Shown: positions 38,697 to 50,641 of the stretch, piece after piece
How positions within the stretch are numbered: the first letter of the stretch is position 1
How the letters are laid out: every line of letters starts with the position of its first letter
Assembly: GCF_036588685.1 (NCBI RefSeq)
Contig: NC_086381.1
Location: 25,358,001 to 25,422,000, forward strand
Reading direction: 5' to 3'
Origin: Mytilus trossulus
Lineage: Eukaryota
Length of the DNA: 64,000 bases
Translations under genes and position numbers: made by a program
The notes under the pieces: generated by a model
Database searches by the model: none
Told to the model about the DNA's origin: nothing
The model's input: only the letters and a program-made list of their open reading frames with translations

Positions 38697-40102
38697 GTGA
38701 CGCAGAAACCCTTTGTGATGCAGTTTTGCACAATCTTGGACAGGAATGGGGTTTTGAATTGACGAAGTTGAGGGGACAGGGCTATGATGGCTGTGCTACA
38801 ATGACTGGTGCGATATCTGGAGTTCAGAAAAGAATTCAAGATGCATGGCTGGAGGCGAAATATTTCGTACATTGCAATTCACATCGTCTTAATTTGGTGA
38901 TAGTCAACACTTGTAATAAAGTTGTTGAAGCTAGAAATGCACTAACCATACTTGGTAAGATAACATGGTTCATATGTGGCGTGAGCAAACGGAAAGCCAT
39001 TTTAATGAAAGAGGTCAAACAAGGAAACAAAGATTTAGATTTCGATTTACTCTATGACAATGAAGATGCCCTGTTTGAAGCTGCAATGAGACAGACCATG
39101 ATGCCGAAACTATCAGAGACTAGATGGACGTCTAGGGTAGACACATTGTCTTGGCTTTTGGCTCACTATAAGTCTCTACTAAATGTGCTTGAAAATGTAC
39201 AGTCAAATTCTAAAGGTCAGGCTGCAGCCGATGCTTCTTCATATCATGCAGTGCTACTTAAATTTGATTTCATCCTTGTAACAGTAATGTTACAATACAC
39301 CCTAGGCTATATCAGACCGTTGTCCATTCTGCTTCAGTCTGAGGCTTGTGATCTAGTAAAAGCTCATCAGGAGGCTAGAGATCTTCTGGTAATATTTCAA
39401 GGAATAAGGTCGGATTCCGATGCTAAGTTTCACGATATTTACGAGAGGAGCGCATCAATCGCAACTGAAAATGATGTGGTACCAACAAAACCAAGAAGCA
39501 CGCAACGGCAAAGGCACAGAGCAAATGCTCCAGTCGAAAGTATCGAAGAGCATTTTCGTGTTAACTACTTTCTACCGTTTATTGATCATATCATTTCACA
39601 TTTGGATTCGAGATTCCCGGAAGAGCTGAAGGCAATTTTCTATGGAAACTACCTTGTGCCATCGCTTGTAGGAAAAATAAAAGAAGAGGTGGTCACTTCA
39701 ATGAAACAAGAATACTCGGTAGACTTGCCATACCGAAATGATTTTACGCAAGAAGTTCATAGATGGGTGGCAAAATGTCATAGAGACAACTTGTCGTTAG
39801 TAACGACGCTAACAGGTGCAATTTTGTATGCTGACCCTGAGTTATATCCAAATATCCATTTGGTATTAAAGTTGCTACTTACACTGCCGTTCGGCTCGTG
39901 TTCGTGCGAGAGATCTTTCTCTGCTCTCCGACGGTTGAAGACGTGGTGCAGAGCTACAATGACGGAAGATCGGCTATGTGGATTAGCATTGCTGCATGTT
40001 CACTGGAATGACGCTGTAGGGCAAGTTAGAGCTGAATCAGTACTTAGAAGATGGGATTTATTAGGAAACAGGAAGATTCACCTTGCATTTACGGCTGATT
40101 AA
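38697..40102 (+). pseudogene. hAT transposase, C-terminal ~465 aa (ZMYM1/THAP12-like, Tip100 group), 5'-truncated
   Basis: LRGQGYDG, HCNSHRLNL, SETRWTSR and dimerisation motif CERSFSALRRLKTW.R.TM.EDRL.GLALL. The frame is open; the listed N-terminus comes from the fold-back element. Confidence 0.92.
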
Positions 40103-40599
40103 ATTTAAACAAAACATTTTCCAAAAACCAAAATTGTATGTTTTTATCAAGGATTTGAATATAAGAAGATGTGGTATGAGTTCCAATGAGATGACTGTTA
40201 CTATCCATCCAAGTCACAGTGTATTTGAAGTTTACAATTAAATGTTTAAGTACGGTCTTCAACACAGAGCCTAATCACATCCCGAACAGCAATCTCAGTC
40301 TTTTTTTTTTGGCATAAATATTGCTTACAGGTTTAAGCATTACAAATGAGTCTTAAAGTAAGGAAAACGGGTCATATTAAGCCATTTTATTGAGAGGAAA
40401 AAATCGGCGGTCACAATGTATTTGTTGGTAGAAATTATAAGTCAAAGTACGGTCTTCAACACGGAGCCTTAGCTGAACCCAAACAGCAATCTCAGTTTGT
40501 TTAATTATGCATAAAAATTGCTTCCAAATTCAAGCAATACTAATGATTCTCAAAGTAAGGGAAATTGAAAGAAAACGGGTAGTTTTTACCCATTTTACT

Positions 40600-40711
40600 C
40601 GAAAAAAAATCGGCCGGGGGCTGCGCCCTGCGATCCCCCCTTCATGGGGGCCTCAAACCGCGGCCCTCAAACCCCTGCCTCCCCTAAAATCGAAGCCCAG
40701 TTACGGCCCTG
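40600..40711 (+). mobile_element. hAT right end
   Basis: GC-rich subterminal region ending TTACGGCCCTG (reverse complement CAGGGCCGTAA, a typical hAT TIR start); left end not seen. Confidence 0.65.
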
Positions 40712-41510
40712 ATAGCACTCAATTGATTTTCGAGCTATAGCGGGCCAAAGTTTACAAAGAACTTCAATTTTTTTATTTCTCATCAGAAGGGACTTAATTG
40801 TTTCTTTGGATTCCTCTTGACTTAAAAATTGAGCTTCTGGATGAGTGCAGATAGTTTTTGTAAAGCTATTACTGTTTTCAAGCTTTAAGCTGCCAAAGGG
40901 GGTCATATAACCGCACGTTTTTAAAGTACCACATTTTAATTTTAATTATTTTTTTTACATCTTTGGTGTACGACCAACATTATATATTATGTATCAATGA
41001 TTACCAGCACTTTAAATGTACATGTATTCAAAATGCTGCGGTCATATCATGCCCAATGGTGCAGCTGTTCATTTTGTAATGCTTGCAGATATTCATTTCA
41101 TTTAGACAATTTTTGGTATGCAAGTCTACCAGGATGACTTACAGATCAAGCTTGCATTTTGTACATCTTTGACTATTTTTGATGGCATAATAAACCTTGT
41201 TCAACCGGTAGGGGACTATGTATTTCTGTGCAATACGATCCACACGTTCATACATTTTGTGTATTTTGATTTGAATTTTGAATGCGCTACCTACCAAAAA
41301 TCTGGGGCCATCCAGAGTTGTGCCTGGTCATAGTAAGAACTTTCGGTTTTATGGCGGTCAAAGTCGAAAAATTGATAAAAAAATAATTCAAAAATCATAC
41401 ATGAATGGAATATTATATAGGATGAAATTTGGTATGAAAGTGAGTAACAAATATAGAAAATTGCACTTCCAGCTGGCGTCCATTACACACAATAACATTT
41501 TCTTTTTCAG

Positions 41511-41629
41511 GTGAAATATTTAGCAGATTCCTGAAGGAAATCTCCATTGAAGACAAGACCAAGGAATGGGGGAAAATTACTGTTATTATGAACGACAAAA
41601 TTAGAAAACTAAGAAAACAATTAGACTAG
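41511..41629 (+). pseudogene. BEN unit 3: orphan terminal exon
   Basis: tttcag acceptor, then EIFSRFLKEISIEDKTKEWGKITVIMNDKIRKLRKQLD*. Similar to the last exon of BEN unit 4 (WTKLTININDKIRGLK), both phase 1. Confidence 0.6.
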
Positions 41630-41687
41630 AATGAGTGTATTTATATGTAGATGTATATTTTTTAGAATGAGTGTATTTAGATGTACA

Positions 41688-42170
41688 TTTTTTTAAGCTC
41701 ACCTGTCCTAAAAGAACAGGTGAACTTTTCCATCACTTGGCATCCTTTGTTAACTTGTTCAAAAAACTTCTATTCTGAAACGGCTGGGTAGATTGGATTG
41801 AACTTAATAGGAATGATGTTTGACATGTCCTCTTCAAACGATTCTCATTTTATATTGATCCGATGAAAAACATATCTGCGGTTGCTATAAATAGAACATA
41901 AGGGTAAATTGCTGTTTTTGGCTAATAACTCAAAAACCATTACAGATATCGAAAAACTGACATAGGGTAAACGTGATCAGCATGCCAAGATCTACCATAC
42001 AATTTTCAAGAAAATTCCGAAACCCATCTTGGAATTATTGCCCTTTGTCAAATTTTCAAAATTTTAACCTTTTTGGTCTTTATTTCCAAAACAATCAAAG
42101 ACAGCTGGTTAAGTTTAAATTGCAAAAATGTTCAGTATGTCAAGATCTACCTACTTTGCAATTGTAGAAA
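41688..42170 (+). mobile_element. Old, diverged HINE-like fragment
   Basis: Starts tttttaagctcacctgtcc...caggtgaacttttccatcacttggc, resembling the 5' end of the 14507 and 47351 elements. Confidence 0.55.
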
Positions 42171-42186
42171 ACAATAGGGGCATCCT

Positions 42187-42332
42187 CAGGGGTTTTCTTC
42201 AGAGCAAGGGATGACGGAGATCCCTCTCAATTAATGCCCCTTCAAAAATGGTGTATTCTTTAATACAATTTAAGAACAAGGTGGGCTTGTGATTATATCC
42301 CCATCTGAACAAATTTTCTGAAGAAAACGCTG
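42187..42332. mobile_element. 146-bp MITE with 5-bp flanking duplication
   Basis: TIRs CAGGGGTTTTCTTCAGA / TCTGAAGAAAACGCTG, flanked by ATCCT on both sides. Confidence 0.6.
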
Positions 42333-42604
42333 ATCCTATGTCTCATAACTTTTTAGTTTTTTATTTAAATTGGAATTTTCATGCAGTATAATTTTTATAG
42401 TGTGGATATTATAATTGCTTCATTATATTTGTACTTTTAGTAGAAATGAATTTTTTATAGTGAAGATTAAAGAATGATCATACCACAAAGATTTATGGTT
42501 GTTTTTGTTAAACTGTGAGTTAGCATGATGCATGATTTACTGAAACCCTAATTTCCAAAACAAGTACTGTGACCGCAAATTATTCAATACAACAATTTTT
42601 TATT

Positions 42605-42985
42605 GGAATTCCACTGGAGAGAAATTGTCTGGCATTCCACTGATCTACTGGAATTCCACTGATTGACCAGTGATAATTCCAGTGGAATCTACTGGAATTC
42701 CATTGATTTACCAGTGATAATTCCAGTGGAATCTACTGAAATTCCACTGATTTACCAGTGAAGATTCCAGTAGATCAGTGGAATGCCAGAGAAAATACCA
42801 CTGGAATTCCACTGGAACTTGTTGCATTCCACTGGAGTTACCACTGGTAAATCAGTGGAATGCCAGACATTTTTTACCGCTGGATTCCACTGGAATTCCA
42901 CTGGAATCCAGTGGTTAATCCACTGATTTTGCCAGTGGCTTTCCAGTGGAATTCCACTGGAATTTTGTCATCTTTTTCTATTGGG
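42605..42985 (+). repeat. Palindromic CCAGTGGAATTCCACTGG array ending ...CTATTGGG (putative transposon right end)
   Basis: Dense CCACTG/CAGTGG motifs in both orientations; ends abruptly at GGG inside an exon of BEN unit 4. Confidence 0.65.
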
Positions 42986-44765
42986 TAACAACTAAAGGAT
43001 CAGAGGAAGAAATTGTTGATGACAGTGCTGATGGTAATTAGGAAATGACAGTTGTAGCTTGATTCCTATAAGATTGATTGAAGCAGAGATAGACTTATTT
43101 CAATAGCATAAAGTTAAATGAGAATTTATAACACATTATAATAATTTATAATTTATAATTTGGTTTTGGATTATTTGTCCTTTTTGTAGAAAAATTGAAT
43201 TGGAATAATTAGTTACTTGAGCTTCTTCTGATTAATCCTTGGTATATATGTTAGGTCTTGATGACATATGTTAGGTCTTGATGACATATGTTATAAAATC
43301 TTAACTTGGTCAGGGATTGTCTGCCTATAATTAAGTCATTTTATATTGTATTTATAGATTAATGATATTTTTTTCTATTGTACAGGATCAATACTGCAAA
43401 CCCATTACAACAAAGATGATGATTTATCAAGTGCTGGAGAAGAAGGTAAGAATTAATTTCCTTTGAATACAGATTTCTGTAATAGCTAAGGGCTATTCCA
43501 GAAAATCATGTAGTGGGGAGGGGGGAAGGCAGGTACTTTTATTAGAATTTGATGGGTGGTTGTTATTTTAGAAAGATTGCCTGAACAATTTAAGGAAATA
43601 CCCAATTAAAAATTTATGCATGATGGAGTAAAAAAAAAGCCTTCCTTCACCCCATACATTTATTTCTGGATTAGCCCTAAATATATACAATTGTGCAATT
43701 AATTAAAAAATACATCCTAAAAGCAAATCACTGGAATTTTTTTTTCTGTTGTGCAATAAAATTGCTGGTTAGCGACTAGTCTTCAAGGAGCTTTTTTTTA
43801 TATCTACCATATATGATATATTTATTTAAAATTATTTATGTACCCCTTTAAAAATTCAATTTAATGCATCAGATGATATAAACAGAAATATTATAGCCAA
43901 TCAGAAAATTTATATGTCCAAAATATCCTGTACATGCATGCACATTCATTATGTACTATCTCATCAAAGAGAACTTTTTATTTACAGAACTGGCCTATGT
44001 TGGAGCAGCAAAATACAATGTGAAATTAGAAAAGGTTATTCTCAAAAGAATAATTAAAACATCTAAAACACCAGAAAAACTGGCCCTCAACCTTATAGCG
44101 CCACTTTTATCAGAGTATGAGATCAACAACTGCACTCTATATGGCAATCAGCAACATAAGAAGGAAGCAGTTGCTGAAAACAAAAGGAGAGCTATAAGAT
44201 GTAAGATTGACATAACAAATAGTCTCATTAAAATGTTCAAAACTAATGGAATGTACATGCGTGCATTTCGGATCAGTCATGACAATCGATGAGTTGAATG
44301 TTTTTGCAAAGAATGTTTTAGGTTGGAATCAACATTGCATGACTAGCAAGGTCACAATGGATGATAGAAAATATGTTTTGGGGTATAACTTCTTAACAAT
44401 TACCTCAAATTTCAACCAAATTAGTTGTGAATAGATTTCAGGGTTTATCAAATTAACTTTGAAACACTATTATTACATGTTAAAAAAATAGGGCAAACTC
44501 AAAAGTATATGGAAAGGATCAGATTCTGAAAAGATTTAATATGTTCCAGAAGAGATTGGGAATGCATATAGGCAAATTAAAAGAAAATATAGCTTACTGC
44601 ATCCATGTTTAGTTTTTTGTTTTTCTTTTAACAGCTGCTGTGTTTGATAAATTTGGAGGAGAAAAAGAACAGAATGAACAACTATGGACAAAGCTGACCA
44701 TCAATATAAACGATAAAATTAGAGGTTTAAAGAATGGCAAATATAAAAAAACAGTGAAATATTAG
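42986..44765 (+). CDS. BEN-domain gene 4 (acidic linker plus BEN), 5'-truncated, frame intact
   Basis: Phase-1 exons ..43033, 43386-43445, 43988-44200 and 44635-44765 splice to ...KTPEKLALNLIAPLLSEYEINNCTLYGNQQHKKEAVAENKRRAIRSAVFDKF...LWTKLTININDKIRGLK. Confidence 0.75.
43490..43677. mobile_element. PIF/Harbinger-like MITE in an intron
   Basis: TIRs GGGCTATTCCAGAAA / TTTCTGGATTAGCCC with a TAA TSD. Confidence 0.8.
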
Positions 44766-45544
44766 ATGTGATAGACCAGCTGTCTTAAACAAACTGTATC
44801 TTCAATTCTTGATTATATCTAGGACGAGTTTGAATTAGTGCAGGAAACTGTATTTTATTGAAGAGTGAAGTCCCTTGAAAACATTAAAAAAATGATTTCC
44901 AAAATATCTTGACTAACTATGTTTGACCTACATCATTTTCATTTATAATAACAAATGCAGGTTAACTTAGGTACTTATGGTGTAAAGTAATCATGTACCT
45001 CTTCACAACATGATAAATATTTTTAAGATAGTTTCAAAGTAACATTTTGATTTAAGGGTGACTACGAAATTAAGCCATTGATTTCTGTATATCATCATTT
45101 TTATATAACAATTATAATATACACATGAAAGAAGTAAATATGACACTGTTATATATATATTCATACAAATATAACCATTCAATGCTGCATTTTATTTGTG
45201 TGATGTAAAGATTATAATTTTTTAACCTAAAAAATTTAAGGAAAAGGATAATTGTAAAATAAACTTGTTTTTGAATTCCCTTGATTTAAAATGTATTATT
45301 TGTATATATATATATGTATGCTGATTTTGTTGATTCAAATATTGTATATTTAATAAATATTTTTCATTTTTTACAGTTGTTTACATCTTAGTAGTCCATA
45401 TTAAGATGTTGCAAAGTAATAGTTATTGATATTAAACTCTGGGCTAATCTGTGAGTACAAAAGCATGTGCATGACTTGCATTTCCAAAAAAAAGACAATA
45501 AACTATATTTAAGACATGAAAAAATAACGTGATTGATCTGCTGT

Positions 45545-45942
45545 TTTCACTGGAATTTAAAATAATTTCACTACACATAGTGTTGAAGAATCCATTTAAA
45601 TTTCTCTGGTTTTGCATTAAAATCCCACTGGAATTATTGAAATTTCATTGGGATCCCATTGAAATTTCAGTGGAAATTGCCCAGAATCACACTGGGATTT
45701 TAAAAATATCACTGAGATTCCACTGGAATCCAAGTGGGATTTTTGAAAAAATATAACTGAGATTCCACTGGAATCCAAGTGGGATTTTAAAAAATATCAC
45801 TGAGATTCCACTGAGATTTCACTGGAATCTTCTAAAAATCCCGACAAAATTGTCCAGTGGAATTCCAGTGGGAACCAGTGGAATTCCCAAGTGAGATTCA
45901 TGTGGGATTTCAGTGGAATTCCACTGATTATTTTTAGTAGGG
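45545..45942 (+). repeat. CCACTG(G/A)GATT / GGAATTCC array ending ...TTAGTAGGG (putative transposon right end)
   Basis: Same core motif as 42605-42985, includes a 45-bp tandem duplication, ends at GGG. Confidence 0.65.
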
Positions 45943-45995
45943 TTAGTAATAAGATATGTTTAAACTAAACCTTAATTTTGCTTATATCCTTGTAG

Positions 45996-46383
45996 AAAGA
46001 CTTACAAAGCTAGAGGAGGATAATACTAAATTAAAGAAAAAAAACAAAAAAATGGAAGAGAAATTGGATTCCTTGGAAAAAAAGTATTATCTGTATTACA
46101 TGTATCTTCTGAAACCAAGATGCCTGAGGCTGTGCCGGAGAAAAGGGAAAGAACAGTACCTGAGAAAACAGAGATAAAGAAAACAGAGACAACAAAGACT
46201 GAAAGTACCGAGGAAGAGACAAATAACCCTATGAATGAAATAACAATTGACAAGTTAGACAAAAGTGTGAAGGGGTTTATAGGGGAAAATTATATTTTCA
46301 AACATTTTTGTTTCAAAATATTTTCTTTGGAAGAACTTAGGAATTGTACAAGAACCGGTATATCAAAGCCTGAAAGGCTGTAA
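45996..46383 (+). pseudogene. BEN unit 5: coiled coil plus truncated BEN
   Basis: ttgtag acceptor; RLTKLEEDNTKLKKKNKKMEEKLDSLE, a frameshift in an A run, then ...FKHFCFKIFSLEELRNCTRTG. Confidence 0.6.
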
Positions 46384-47350
46384 AAGCAATTGCTGCCATG
46401 TTTATGTTTTGGGGACTTTTTTTCATCCACATATATTTAAGAATTAAACATGACAGGAGTGACAGGAGTCTAGTGAGAATTAAGAAGGTTTTAACTTTAT
46501 ATCAATTAAAGACTTTAGCAGAAAGTCATTTTTAATATGTTTTATATTTCACAAGGAGACAACACGTTTACCAGGTGCTAAAGTTGGGGTCAAATATACA
46601 TGTGCTGAAACATATAACTCCAAGAGAAATTATTATGGATTATCCCCTAGTAGTGTTTGTAACTGGCAATAATTTCCTTTATTGATTTAATTTTCATAAT
46701 TAATTTAAATTTAACTCTTCAGTTAAAACATTTCAACTTTCCAGACGCAAATGTTGAAAAACGGGAAAGAAACAAAATATTTTACAAGACATAAACATGT
46801 AAAAAATATATATATATTTCAGCTGACTAAAAATATTTTCATAATGTTACTTTGTCATCATTTCTTAAAAACTAAGTCCCAAACATTATTGCTCAGTTGA
46901 TATGTGTCATCCTCATGCGGTACGAGATAACTATAATTCTCATGCAATCCCGAAAAGAGGGGCCATCACAGACAAACATGACATTAAATCGTCATTATAC
47001 GAACAAGAACAAACAGCTCTAAGTTGCTTGATATTTATCCAATTTTCAGGAAACCTTGTGAAAATGATCTTCAATATTTCGAAAACATGTGAAATAAAAT
47101 TGCAAACACGGTGGACCGTCAAGGGTCAACAAAGGTAGTAGTCCATTGGAAAGACGAGGATAATGGTTTCATCATTTGTCATGCATACCCAGTTTTGAAT
47201 ATGATATCCAAAAAGGATGTACTTTTTTTAATCTATGAAACTAGAAAATACCAAATTGTAAATATCTCTTCATCTGGACTAGGCATCTATCACGTTTGGA
47301 CGGGTCCATTTCATTAGTGAGGTGATCGATAAATCTTATGGAGTTATGAC

Positions 47351-49167
47351 AACTAGAGGCTCTAAAGAGCCTGTGTCGCTCACCTTGGTCTATGTGCATA
47401 TTAAACAAAGGACACAAATGGATTCATGACAAAATTGTATTTTGGTGATGGTGATGTGTTTGAAGTTCTTACTTTACTGAACGATTTTGCTTCTTACAAT
47501 TATATCTATCATGAACTTTGCCCATTAGTAACAGAGAACTATATTTGGTAAAAATTTACATAAATTTACCAAATTAATGAAAATTGTTAAAAATTGACTA
47601 TAAAGGGCAATAACTCCTTAAGGGGTCAATTGACCATTTAGGTCATGTTGACTTATTTGTAGATCTTACTTTGCTGAACATTATTGCTGTTTACAGTTTA
47701 TCGCTATCTATAATAGTATTCAAGATAACCAAAAACAGCAAAATTTCTTTAAAAATTACCAATTGGAGGGCAGCAACCCAACAACCAGTTGTCCAATTCA
47801 TCTGAAAAATTCAGGGCAGATAGATATTGACTTGATTAACAATTTAACTTCTTGTCAGATTTGCTCTAGATGCTTTGGTTTCATAGTTATAAGCAAAAAA
47901 CTGCATTTTACCCCTATGTTCTATTTTTAGCCGTGGCGGCCATCTTGGTTGAATGGCCAGGTCATCGGACACATTTTTCAAACTAGATACCCCAAAGATG
48001 ATTGTGGCCTAGTAGTTTCAGTGGAGATTTTGTAAAAGATTACTTAGGATTTATGAAAAATGGTTAAAGATTGACTATAAAGGGCAATAACTCCTAAAGG
48101 GGTCAACTGACCATTTTGGTCATGTTGACTTATTTGTAGATCTTACTTTGCTGAACATTATTGCTGTTTACAATTTATCTCTATCTATAATAATATTCAA
48201 GATAATAACCAAAAACAGCAAAATTTCCTCAAAATTACCAATTCAGGGGCAGCAACCCAACAACCGATTGACCGATTCATCTCAAAATTTCAGGGCAGAT
48301 AGTTCTTGACCTGATAAACATTTTTATCCCATGTCAGATTTCCTCAAAATGCTTTGGTTTTTGAGTTATAAGCCAAAAACTGCATTTTACCCCTATGTTC
48401 TATTTTTAGCGGTGGCGGCCATCTTGGTTGGTTGACCAGGTCACGCCACACATTTTTTAAACTAGATACCCCAAAGATGATTGTGGCCAAGTTTGGATTA
48501 ATTTGGCCAAGTAGTTTCAGAGGAGAAGATTTTTGTAAAAGATTACTTTAATTTACGAAAAATGGTTAAAAATTGACTATAAAGGGCAATAACTCATAAA
48601 CGGGTCAACTGACCATTTTGGTCATGTTGACTTATTTGTAGATCTTACTTTGCTGAACATTATTGCTGTTTACAGTTTATCTCTAACTATAATAATATTC
48701 AAGATAATAACCAAAAACAGCAAAATTTCTTCAAAATTACCAATTCAGGGGCAGCAACCCAACAACCGATTGACCGATTCATCTGAAAATTTCAGGGCAG
48801 ATAGATCTTGACCTGATAAACATTTTTACCCCATGTCAGATTTGCTCTAAATGCTTTGGTTTTTGAGTTTTAAGCCAAAAACTGCATTTTACCCCTATGT
48901 TCTATTTTTAGCCGTGGCAGCCATCTTGGTTGGTTGACCGGGTCACGCCACACATTTTTTAAACTAGATACCCCAATGATGATTGTGGCCAAGTTTGGTT
49001 TGATTTGGCCCAGTAGTTTCAGAGGAGAAGATTTTTGTAAAAGTTAACGACGACGGACGACGACGACGACGGACGACGGACGACGACGGACGACGACGGA
49101 CGACGGACGACGGACGCCAAGTGATGAGAAAAGCTCACTTGGCCCTTCGGGCCAGGTGAGCTAAAAA
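47351..49167 (-). mobile_element. HINE-like element, copy 2 (3 internal units)
   Basis: Near-identical to 14507-16782 but lacks one ~500-bp unit and has a longer GACG microsatellite. Confidence 0.85.
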
Positions 49168-50185
49168 AGGAAAACAAACTTATTGTTATGTGTTTTTAAC
49201 AAGGGTTTCGTTCCTCTAAATTATTTGCGCAAACAAATCAACAAAATAGGTCAGTTAACTTTGTCTAATTTCAGATTACAGGTAATCATTTGACACTACG
49301 TATAACCTGATAACCTGTCATGCCTGTGTAGTGATTTTGATTTTACGATAAATTTATGAATGAACGACAATTTTATGAATGAACAAGAGCACCTGACCTC
49401 TTTCTTAAAAAAATACCAATTAAACATATAAAACCGTATATTATAAAAGACAATTCAGTCAAATTTTCAATACTAAATCAACAACTGAAATGATTCCATA
49501 TTTTGTTGAAACATCGTACGAACGGAAAACGGAATCGCAGGTATAAAAATGCAGTTTTTTCACTCGGACGTCTATGTTTTTTGATAGTCAAACGGTTGTC
49601 CCCCTAAATACAAAAATACATCTACAAGAATGTATGCTGAAACTTCTTAAATCCACTAACGTTTTTCAAAAGTTTCAAGCTATGTATTGCATTAGAAAAC
49701 ATACATAGGTGTTTAAGAATGACAGACCAGGAGCCTGTTTAACAAAATACTATGGCTTGATCTGGGCGGAGTCTCTGATCTGGGTCACAAAGATGGCCAT
49801 ACGCGACGGCATGAAAGCAATTGCTTTAAAAAACCATCAAATGTCATGATGTAATAAAACCTGCACTAAACACGGAAAAGTTGGACATTAGCCAAACAAG
49901 TGTTATAAAACACACATCGTTTGTTAGAGCAACTTTTGTAAAAAAAAACTTGAGAATCTACAAAAGATCGTCGTCAGAAGCTACAAAATGGCAAAGAAGT
50001 GAACATTTTTTCAATATTTATAAAGTTTACTTAACATTAAAATGAAAATCATATGATTTTTTTGTTGTTAAATATATTAAATGTGGCTAGCTTTGCTATA
50101 AAGGGCCCCAAAATTGATTGATAACTTGTCAGATCTTTCTGAAATTTTCACGTTCCTGGTTTTATTTGGCTCTGAATTAAAATAT

Positions 50186-50440
50186 TGTTCTTGAACTTTA
50201 GACATGTGTCATAAGTTAAAGAATAAGTTCAAGAACTTGTGACATTAAAGTCAAGAATAAGTTCAAGAACTTATGTCGGAAGTTCAAGAATAAGTTGTGT
50301 TGTAAGTTCATGAACAAGTTCTTGAACTGGTTTCAACAGGTTCTTGAACTAGTTCAGGAACATTTAGTTCTTGAACTTGGAAGTGGGCCATTTAATGTTC
50401 TTGAACAATTTTAAGAACAGTTCTTGAATTCCTCGCAGGG
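50186..50440 (+). repeat. GTTCTTGAAC/GTTCAAGAAC array ending ...CCTCGCAGGG (putative transposon right end)
   Basis: About a dozen quasi-palindromic motifs; terminus resembles ...CTCACAGGG at 38696. Confidence 0.65.
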
Positions 50441-50641
50441 GATGGACACCAGCAGCCAGAGGCTGGCCATTTCAAGAATTAATAGAAAACCCCCTAGATG
50501 TAGGAACAAGTTTGCAGAGGCCGTAACAGCAATCTTGGCCAAAACCACACCTAAAAAAAAGTTGTCCCCGCGGAAACTTGGGTTTGAAGGAAAGTTTTCT
50601 GAAGAAATTGTAAAAAACATAGTAACAAGAAATCCCAAGGT

